Shown here in pieces: positions 44,852-55,400 of a DNA stretch of 64,000 bases; positions within the stretch are counted from its first letter, which is position 1, and the number at the start of each line of letters is the position of its first letter. The stretch lies in assembly GCF_011386835.1 (NCBI RefSeq), contig NC_088797.1, forward strand, positions 29,388,001 to 29,452,000, given 5' to 3'. The translations under genes were made by a program, and so were the position numbers. The stretch comes from Chrysemys picta bellii. Taxonomy: Eukaryota. The notes under the pieces are model-generated. The model did not search any database. It worked only from the letters and a program-made list of their open reading frames with translations, and was not told the DNA's origin.

Positions 44852-46730
44852 CGTCCTGGCGCCCACGGCTGCCTGCTCGGCTCTGCGCCTCCGCATGGAG
44901 CCCCTGCCCTTCTCTTCCCCTCGGCGGGGAGGGGCAGGATGGGACAGTGCCCGCCCCTGCCCTTGTAAGGCAGAGAATTGGTCCCAGGCCCAGGGAGAGG
45001 GGGAGACAAGCTGGGAGGGGCAGCTGTGGGGATCGTGGATGGCCTGACCCAGAGGATGGAGGCAGGGTATGTGTGTGTGAGACCTTCCCTTGTGTGCAGC
45101 TGGATGAGAAATGCAGATCCCACTCCTCTCCGAGAAATGGGATAGATCCCCGGAGTCCTGGCTCCCAGCCCCCCTGCTCTAACCACTAGACATACCACTC
45201 CTCTCCTAGGGCTGGGGCTAGAACCCAGGAGCCCAGACTCCCCGCCACAGTGAATCTGCAGAGAATGGGTGTGTACAGTGACCATATGCTGTGGCTCACA
45301 CTGACACACACATACAAAGACATGTGCATATGCACACAACACTCACACACACTCTGCATACACTGCTACATCCCCCCCGCCTGCCCCAGTCCCAGACCTA
45401 GTTCAGCCCTTTGTTCCAGAAACCTGGAGGCTGGAACACTGGGCTGGAATTTGGCTCCTCACTCCCCCCGCCCCCATGCCCGGCTGGGAGCAGGGAGAGG
45501 CTCAGCGTGAGTTTCCTCCCCGCCATCCTCTCCAGGCCCTCATGCTGCTCAGGGCGATTCCCACGGGGAGCTGAGACCCTCAACAGGGAGCTGGTCCCAG
45601 ATTGGGGGAAGTCAGTGTGCACGTGGGTGTGCATGCAGAGGAGAGTGAGTGCATACAAAGGTGCGCATTGCATGGGCGAGAGCGGGAGCGTGGGGGGTGG
45701 GGACATAGAGGGATCAGAATTGTTCCTAGCCCTCACTTTCCCACACGTGTGAGTACCCCCTTGTGCAGCTTAGTTTGACATGCATGCACATGTGCACACC
45801 CATGTGCACTCTTGTGTGTGCATGCTGTGCACACACACACACACAAAAGCTCTCCTGTGCAAGCTCAGTTTCTTGTACCTTCTCACTTTCCCATGAAAGC
45901 ATACCCCTGTGTGTACACACATTCCTGGGCATGCACACCCATCTGTACACATACCCTCCCATGCATGCATTTTCCTGTGCATGTGCATACATACCCTCCT
46001 GTTCATGCACGTGTTCCTTACTTCGTCATACACACACTGGTGTGACCATTGTCCCATTGCACACCTGCACATATGCATGCATCCTCCCATGCCACCACAC
46101 ACCCATGCTACCACATTGTGTTCGCTGCTCCCACTCACAAATGTGTGTGCCATGCATGTGGCATGCACACCTGAGCATTTGCACATGTGCACTCACTTGT
46201 GAGCATACCCCTGGGCATTTGCACACGTGCTTTTCCACACACTCCTACCTGCTCACCCTGTCTGCTAAGCCAACTGGCAGTCCCTGGGGGCTCCATTCCT
46301 GGGGAGGCCGAGGCCAGCAGCACAGGTTCGCGAGGCTCTGGAACTCCCCCCAAGGCCAGGCGAGGGGAGACAGGGAAGGGTCGGAGCTCTGCAATCCAGG
46401 AATCCGGGGCTGCAGCCCCGACTAGGGGCAGGGATCGCAGCTGTCTCTGCTGTGAACCAGGTGTGCGTGTGCCTCTGTGTGTCAGGGGGTCGTGGTGTGC
46501 ATCTCTGCACGGGGGGCTGTGTGTGTTTGGCGGGCTTTGTGGCGGGGGTGTGTGGTGCATCTCCGGGGGGTTGTGTGTTTCGGTGTGTGTGGTGTGAGCC
46601 GAGCAGGGGAGGGTACAGTGGGCCCAGCCGCGGGGGCTGCAGGTCGGATGGAGCCGCAGCGCGGAAATGCATGGAATTCCTTGTGTGTGGGAACCAGGAG
46701 GGGGGCGGGCGTGGGACGTAGGGCCTTTCT

Positions 46731-46745
46731 CCGCTAGGGGGCGCC
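46731..46745 (+). promoter_or_regulatory. CTCF consensus motif in a CpG-rich patch upstream of CD248
   Basis: CCGCTAGGGGGCGCC. Confidence 0.6.
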
Positions 46746-48109
46746 AGCTCTGCTCCCCTCCAGCCCCAGCTGCGGGGAATGGCTGGCTCAGGGAGGTGGG
46801 GGGTGGGACACAGCCCCTCCTCCGCCCCGGCACACCGGCTCCGATCCAGCGCCCGTTCAGGGCCCGCCGAGAGGTGAGTTTTCTGGGTCTCAGCCGCCCT
46901 GGTCCCTGTTGGGGCAGAAGCCCCCGCCCCATAGGTAATAACCACACCCCGTGCTAGTGGCCCCACGAGGGGGGAGGCATCCCAGGCAGACGCTATGGGA
47001 GCTCTCCCGCCCCCTTTCCTCTCGTTTTAATCCCCCCCCCCCCCGGTTTCTGCTTGGTTGTTTTAAGAGACTCCAGAAACACTGGCCTGTGGCTGATGGA
47101 GTTGGGCCCCGCTGGATCCGCTTGGGGCTGGGGGAGACACTGACCCCTAGACCCCACCAGGTATTCACCCCCCACCCCTTCAGCCTGGTATGCCGCCCGG
47201 CCCCGATCCCTGTGAGACGGGAGGGATGGGGGCCAGCCCCTCCCCCATTTTCATCCCCTCTCTGGACTCTCTGAGGCCGGGGGGAGGCTCTATACTGGGG
47301 GGGGGTGTGGCTGATTCTGCCCTGGGTCCTGGTTCCAGGCTCGGGGGTGGGCGGGGACAGGGGCTCCCCAGTTAAGGGGCCTCTGTGCTGGGACAGAGAT
47401 GTGGGTTGAGCACCACCTGGTGGCAATGTTAAGAACTGAGAGCCAGGGCTCCTGACTTCTGTCCCCAACTCTGAGAGGGGAGTGGTGTCTAACGGTCAGA
47501 GCATAGGGGATGCTGGCAGCCTCTGCACTCAAGTGACATCAGATTTACCACAGGGCAGACAGGGAAATGTACGTGTGAATCACTCCGACGTAGTTAGTCT
47601 TGAAGGCCTGTGCTGCCCCCTGGCAGCCTGGGGCTGACACTGCCCAAGCCCTATGGTCTGTAAGAGCAGCAGGATTCCTATTTAGCAACAAGGATTATTC
47701 TTGGCATTTGTCGTCCCCATGGCCTTGCCACCCCAGGACCTCACAGCCCCTGATAGATCCCAGCGACCTGAGCCACAGCGCCGGGACAGGAAATGCTCAG
47801 ATTGACCCTTCAGACAAAGGGCCACACTGGGGGCTAGGTGAGCATCCCCCACTTCCCTCCCACAGCTGGGGATAGACCCCAGGAGTCCAGCTCCCCTGCT
47901 CTAACCACCAGATCCCACTTCCCCCCCAGAGCTCGATCGGGATAGACCCCAGGAGTCTATTTACACACATGTCGTTCCCATCTTCATCACAGGGGGCCTG
48001 TGTGTAGCGCAGGGCAGGAGGGAGCTGAGGGGGATAGGCCTGGGCACCTCCTACATAAATCGAGGCCCCCTCCACCAGTCACTGTCACCCCAGCTGCAAG
48101 CAGGCATCT

Positions 48110-48123
48110 GTTGCCATGGCAAC
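48110..48123. promoter_or_regulatory. Perfect palindromic RFX X-box
   Basis: GTTGCCATGGCAAC. Confidence 0.65.
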
Positions 48124-49411
48124 CCAATGGCAGTAATCAGAAAAACAGGCCCCCCCACACACACACTTAAAAAGGTTCCCTTGGCCAGGAAACAATCATG
48201 GGGGGGCTCAGAGTTCCAGACCTGGACATGCCCTCGTGCCCCATGGCTGGCAGCCCTAGGGACTCTGTGTCATCACAGCAGCCCCCCGCCCAGAGCATCT
48301 CCCGTTATGAGTATGGAGGGAGCAGGGGAGCCACCCCGAGGCCTGACTCCTGCCCCTAGGGATGGGGGCAGATCCCCCAGGGAGGCCAGATTCAGCACTC
48401 ACAGTTACATGGCTGCTTGGTCCCACTAGGAGCTGGGCTGGGACCCTCCCCCACAGTCAATCCACTCATGGGACACAGAACAGGGACCAGCGCCCCATAG
48501 AGAGGAAAGGCCCCATATCTGAGCCAGCCTGTGGTTGAACCAGAGCTGGGACATACACTTCTTCTCATCCCTCCCTCCCCAGCAGAGACAGGAGACAGAG
48601 ACACTAAGAAGCAAAAACAATTTAAAAATCAGGGTAAAAAAACCCATTTACAGGTTTGTGTGTGCGCGCGGGGGTGATTTCCCTCCGCCACGTTTAATAC
48701 AGAGAATGCATCGCATGGGAATCCTGCCCCAGGCCCAGCAAACACTCCATGTCTGCACCCCAGCATTGCAGTGTGGAGACGGGGAGGCATGGAAAGAAGT
48801 GCCCCCCACCCCCTGAAGCTGGCTACACTCCCCACCCCAATTCAGTTTGTTGTGTCATTGATCCCTTTATTCCTCCCCTCAAATTTCCCCCCCAACACTC
48901 CCTTATTTGCTTCCCAAGGGCCAATCCCACAGGGATGGGGGGGGGCAGCTAGCCCCTCCCCCTGGTCCCTACAGCACATCCCCCAGGGTGTTAGCCAGGC
49001 TGCGGAGTGGGGGACTACCTGGCCTCACTGATCCCTCCCCAGCAGGGGCATCTCCCTGAGATCCAGCCCGAGACAGCCTTGTGTGAACCCCACTCTCTCC
49101 TGCCTCTAGCAGGCTGCTCCAGGGGAGGGAAGACATCACTGGCGTGGCCAGGGCAGAGCCCAGGAATTGGGACGGAGAGTGCCCTGGGCCTATGAGAGAG
49201 GCACACCCTCCCTTTCCCCACCCCACCCAGACCCAATCCCCTGGTACCATAATTATTCCCCCCTCCCCACCTCAGAAGAAAAGTTCCCAAAAGAAGCCCT
49301 GTGATTGGTTGGCCTGTTAGAAAGGCAGAATCAAGGCGATATTGACAGGGAGGAAAGGGTTAATGAAGAGATGGGGCGGCTGAACTAGTGGGGGGGGAGA
49401 CGGGGGCGTCC

Positions 49412-52400
49412 CTATCGCACAGTGACCCCCAGCTTCTCCAGGATGCGGGTCCCCTTTTCCAGGTACTCGGCTCGCTGCAGCCAGAAGGTATCCTTGTCCT
49501 TCATGATGTCGGCCAACACAGCGCCCCCCAGGAACACCATGTGCTTCCGCCGCGGTGGGTCCTCGATCCGGATTTTGAATTTCTGCAGGGGAAGAGAAGA
49601 CCATTTATTAAAAACGGGATCCCCAGGATTCAAACCCAGAGCCAGGAGAAGAGGCTCCGCCCCCTTGGCTATGGGAGGAGCCCGACTGGTCTCAGGCACA
49701 GGGTCAGTGGGATCAGGATTTCACCCCTGGATTTTCAGGCCAGAAGAGCTGTTCTGAACCCCTGCATCACCCCTGGGCAAATCCCCCTCACAGGGCAGGG
49801 GCCTCCTTGGCCCCCCATGCAGGTCAGTTGCAATGGATTGTGGGTGGCATTGGGGAGCTGAGCTGGCCTATCCCACACAGGGAGGAGACTGTAGGCCCCA
49901 TGCCCATTGCAAGAGCTAGGGTCCAGTGGGGCAGTGCCCATGCATCTCACATGGTGCCCACTCACCGACAGCTTCTCCACGTCGCCCTTGAGCACCCGCT
50001 CCAGGTAGAGCTGTTTGATCTCACGCTCCAGCCGGGAGGGCAGGCCCGGGTACATGGTGGAGCCGCCTGACAGTACAATGTGCTTGTAGAACTCTGCCCT
50101 GGGGAGAGGGATGGAGTGAGACAGACAACACCCCGTGGGAGGGGTCCTCGAGGCTCAACCCCACTGCATCCCCAGGATCTCCACTCCACCCCCAAACAAC
50201 TTCCACCAGGATCCCCCCCAACAGGCTTACCCCAGTGATTGCCTCCACTCACCTCCCAACACCCTAGGATCTTCCCAGCAACCCCCCTCCAATCGGCCCC
50301 CTGGGATCCACCAACAACCTCTCAATCCCCAATAACATCATCACCTCCCCTACTAGCTCACTCACACACACACAAAATCCCCATCAATAGTCTCGCCTTC
50401 TAGGCCGGCAGCCCCCCTCCCCCCCCCGCAGCGGCCCAGTGTTGAGGGAGGGGCTCCAGGCTCCACTTCCCACCCCCTTGCTCACCTGGTGTCGATATCA
50501 GCCGCCTGGATGGTGTTGAAGAGCAGCTCAGCCACACCCACACCCTCCACATTGATGAGGTGGGGCTGGAATAGGGCCTCGGGTGCCTCAAACCGCTCAC
50601 CCCCCACCTTGATCACACGCCCATCAGGCAGCTGGGGGGGGAGCAGAGGGAGAGGCCATCAGCAACACTGCCTGAGTCTGCAGTGAGCCTGAGCTGATGG
50701 CTCCAAGTGGGAGAATTGCTCCAGGCATCCCAATGAGGTGTTAACTCCCAGCCCCACTGCGCTAAGGTCCCCACCATTGCAGCAAGGGTCTCTCAATGGG
50801 GCAGGAGTGACCCACCCATCCACCAAGCAGAGACACAGCCCCAGCAGCTCCCTCACCATATAGGACTCCACCAGCACTGTGGTCTCCTGAGCCAGCTTCT
50901 GCTCCTGCTCAATGTTGTACCCCACGTAGCAGAGCTTCTCCTTCATCATCCGCACCGTCTCAAAATCCGCAGAGTGGTTAAAGGCATAACCCCGCAGCAA
51001 CAGGAGCTGCCAGGAGGGGGAGACACAGTCATGGGGGAACCTGCAGTACCAGCAGCTGCCAGAGGGGGAGACCATACTAACAGGAGCTGCTGGGGCCCCA
51101 CCCCCTCCCATAAAGGTCCCACCCCTCACTCTGGCCTCCTGTGAGGATCTGGGGACGATCTAGGCACTCTGAGTGGGGGCAGGAACTGGCTGCCTGGCTC
51201 CTTCCCACACAGGACCCTCCCTTTGGGGTGCAGCCTTTCACCTGCGTGACGCCCTGTTCGCCCCCACGGTGGGCGGAGAGTCCGAAGGCCGGGGGCAAAG
51301 CGGTAACACAGAGCGGCGGCGACGCGAGGCACTCGGCACAGCATCGCCCTAGACAACAGACTGGCCCCCCCAGGAGAGCTGGGTAGCGGGGGGAGACGGC
51401 CTGGGCAGCGAGGTTGCGGGGCCGGGCTCGCCTGGTGCAGCTGAGAGGGAGTCACCTGTCAGAGGAGGCTGGACGGTTATGAAGGGGAGGAACTGAGCTC
51501 TTGGGAGGTTTGGACCATTTTCGACAGAGTAGCCTTGAGGCAGGGGCCCTGCCTGAGTCCAGCTGGGTGGAGGCCTCCCCAGGGAAGGGGAGCTAGTGGC
51601 AGGCACTGTAGGCAGGAGGTCGGGTCTGCAGGGTCTGAGCTCTCTCTGCTGCGCGTGATGAGGTACAAGAGCAGCAGGTGAGTCTCGGGAGGCTTAAGAC
51701 ATCCAGGGACCCCGGGGCGTGGATTCCCCTCACAGCAGTCCAATGGGCAGCTAGCAAATCTATGACACACCCTCACCCAACTCTCACCTTGATGAGGTAG
51801 CGGGTGATGTCCCGTCCCGCAATGTCCAACCGCCGGGTGAGGTGGGGCAGGGAGAAGCCCTCATAGACAGGGCAGATGTGGGTCACACCATCCCCAGAGT
51901 CCACCACCACCCCAGTCAGCAGGCCTGAAGTGGAAGGGAGAGGTTACTGTGCTGAGAGGCAATACGCCTATCTACCCTGGTATCCCACCTCCAAAGGCAC
52001 CAGGACTGGCCACTTCAGAGGAAAGGTGACAATGGCCCCTTAGTGGCCAAACAGGAAATAACATGCCCAGAGGGGATGTCTCCCGTGCCCGCCCTCCCAA
52101 AGCAGGGCTCCCCTGGTCATTCCCTGCACTTCCCACCCCAAACCCTGCTCAGCTCTCAGCCTCCAGGGCATCCACTGGCAGTGAGTTCCCCAGGCCAGCA
52201 ACCTGGGCAACTGGTTCATTCACCTGCCATATGGCAGGGTAGATTTCACCACTGTGACACCTTCCCCTGCATTCTCTCTACTGCCCCTGACTCTGCCCTC
52301 CCCTCTCCTCTCCCCAGACCTCTTGCACCCTCCCCCTCTGGCCCTCCCATACCTCACCTGCTCTGCCCCTTCCATTCCCCTTCATGCCCCCACCCCCACT

Positions 52401-55400
52401 CCAGCCCCAGCGCCCCCTCACCCTGGGCGTAGAGAGTCAGCACGGCCTGGATGGCGATATACACGCCTTCAAACTGGTACGTCTCGAACATCACCTGGTG
52501 GGAGAGGAGATATCATGGGCACAGCCCTGCCCCTGCCCTTCAGCCCCAACCTCCTGCCCCTGCTACCCAGCCCTGGGCGCCGCACCCGACGTCCCTCAAG
52601 CTCTGCCAGTGCCCCTCAGTCCCACCCTGCAGCCCCTCCCCCTGGGCTGTGCTGATACCCCTCAGTCCCAACCTAGCCCCCTGCCCCCCCAGGCTGTGCT
52701 GATGCCCCTCAGTCCCACCCCACAGCCCAGCCTGACCTCAATGATCTTCTCGCGGTTCTTGGTGGGGTTCATGGGGGGCTCGGTGAGCAGGATCTTGCAG
52801 CTGCGGGGGTCGACGTTGAGTTTCTCGGGCCCAAAGGTGTAGTCCCACAGGTACTTCATGTCATCCCAGTTGCGCACGATGCCGTTCTCCATGGGGTAGT
52901 TCACCTCCAGCATGGAGCGCAGCTCGCTGGCCTCATCCCCTACCATCAGGTCCTGGGATGGGCAGGGGGCAGATTTGAGACACTAGCCCTTTGGCTAAGC
53001 CACCACCACAGGCCAGGGCCCCTCCCTCCAAGGAAAGGCTCCCCTTCAAAGCCCCCCTCCCCTTACCTGACCCCTGTGGGACATGCCCCCCCTGCCAGAG
53101 CCTGACCTTGATCTCGATGTTGCCCACGCGGGCGGTGGAGCGGATGATGGGGCGCCCGACCAGCGCGGGGAAGATGTGCTCAGGGAAGTTGGAGCCGGCA
53201 AACCCGCACTTAACGAACTGGGGAGAGAGAGAGGGAAATGAAACAGGTGACAACCCCCCAAGTCTCTGCCCAGCCACACAAGATCCCCCCGACCTGGGGA
53301 CCAGGCCAAGCTGGGGGGAGAACTGCCCCATTCCTCCGTCCAGCTGGTTTAAAGACACCAGGGAGACATGCTGGGGGCCACCTGGCTACTACTGTTACCC
53401 TCGCAACACCTAGAGGGTGTTCTGAGGTGGAGGGGGGGTCCCAGGCTAGCTGGGCCCACCAGGATGACCGGGGGTAGGGAGCAGAAGGATACCAGGCTGG
53501 GTAGTCACTGGAAGTATCACCCTTTAAATCCCTACAGAATTTCTCCCCTCAGCCCCAAATCCTCTTGGCCCAGCCCTTAGCCCCAGACACCCCTGCCCCA
53601 GGGGGAGGGAGCCAAATTGCTGCAAAGAACTGTGTCCAATGCCCCGTGGGCTGGCCTGACCCTCCCTGTCTGCACCCCAAGCGCCAGCAGGAGGTGCTAA
53701 ATGCATACAGGGTCACTAGCCCCACCTCCGTCCCCCTCCGCCCCCCCCAGTCATGGAGGGAAGTAGCCCTGGGCGCAGAGTCTAGAGGAAGTGACACTTC
53801 TGCTTTTGTAGACACTCACCACTCCCTCCCCCCTTCTCCCCCCCCCATGGCAAGGGAGAGGCTCCATCAGTATCCCCATGTAGGGAGATGTGTATGCCCT
53901 GCTATTACGACTATTAGGGTAGTGCCTAGAGACCCTGTAAAGCAGTGGTTCAGCCAAGCAGGGCCGGCGTTAGACTCGCTAGGTCCCAGGGCAGAAAGTC
54001 GAAGCCCTGCTGCATGGGACTGCAGCCTGGGGCCCCGAGCCCCATCACCCGGGGCTGAAGCCAAAGTCTGAGCAACTTAGTTTTGTGGGGCCCCCTGTGG
54101 AGTGGGGCCCCAGATGATTGTCCTGCTTGCTACCCCTTACTGCCAGCCCTGCAGAAAAACAGTTGTTTTGGCCCAGGAGGGTCGTGGAGTTTTTATAGCA
54201 TGTTGGGAGGGCCTGCAAAAGAAAAAGGTTGAGAACCCCTGCTGTAACGGCCTAAGATAATATCCCTTTAAATAGTGTGAGAGTCCTTTCGGGGTGCTCA
54301 CCGTGTTCTAAGGCTTTAGAAGTCAGAGCAGCAGTATGAGAGCAGGGCCCCCATTGTGCCAGGTACTACCTAGACCTACAGTGAGAGACAGGCCCTGCCC
54401 CGAAGAACTCTGTCTGAACAGACAAGGGGTGGGAGGGGAAACTGAGGCCCAAAGAGGGGAAAGCTCCCACCCAAGGTCACACAGGAAGATGGTGGCATAG
54501 CTACAATTAGAGTCCTGAGTCCCAGTCCCACCCCCACTACCCACTCAACCATGCTGCTTAATTTTGTTCCGATCTGTGGATGACCTCATTACCCATCTCA
54601 GTGCCCTGCCACCTCTCCAAGCCTGGCCTCCTGAACACCCAATGACAGCGAGCTCTGCAAGTTAATTAGAGTTTGTGTAAAAGCACTGGGCCTGATCCTC
54701 TCACCTGCCCTAGGGGATTAGGCCCTCCAGGGTGGCAGGCAATGGACCCATTACTCCCTCTGAGCAGTGTAAGTTTCACCCAACGCTCCTTGGTTCCCAG
54801 ATTAGGCAAGAGTGTCCCCTAGGCCTTCCTCACTCCCATTAACCTGTGGAACCCTCTGCCACTGGACGCAGCTTGCAGATTAATTCTGCCTCATGTTGAA
54901 CAGCAGGCCCAGGCAATCATAGCAAAAGCACTGGCAGACTGGCCCTGCCTGCTGTGGGAGCGTGAACCCTGCAGCGAGCGAGCGGATGTGGAGAAAGAGG
55001 AAATGCAAGAACTGAGCCTGCTTCTGCTAGCACAACACATGCACTCACACCAGCAGAGAGGCACCCGCAGACCCAGCCTGCAGGAGTCAGGCACATCCCC
55101 TCTGGCCCTATCGCTCCTGGCAGCACCCTGTATTTCTGGGCAATCTCCCCTTCTGGCTACAGACTCTGCGTGGCCAAAGCCTCTAGAACAACAGCCCTTA
55201 CAGAGGAATCTCATTTCTGATTCCTTTTACAGGCACTTTCCTGGCATCCTCCCTGCAAAGGAGTTTTGCTTCATGTTTCATTTACAAATTACCTTCCACT
55301 TTGGCATAATGCAGGCCTGTCTCCCGTTTAACCCCCAAGTGAGCAAGTGTGGGCGGGGCTGCCATCCTGCCAGGCACTGCACAGATCCAGACCGAGATCA

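Noticed and set aside
45740-46240. Cys/His-rich ORFs; also 36800-37240, 40066-40434 and 61600-62300
   Set aside because: Translations of CA/TG low-complexity tracts, not zinc-finger or metallothionein genes.
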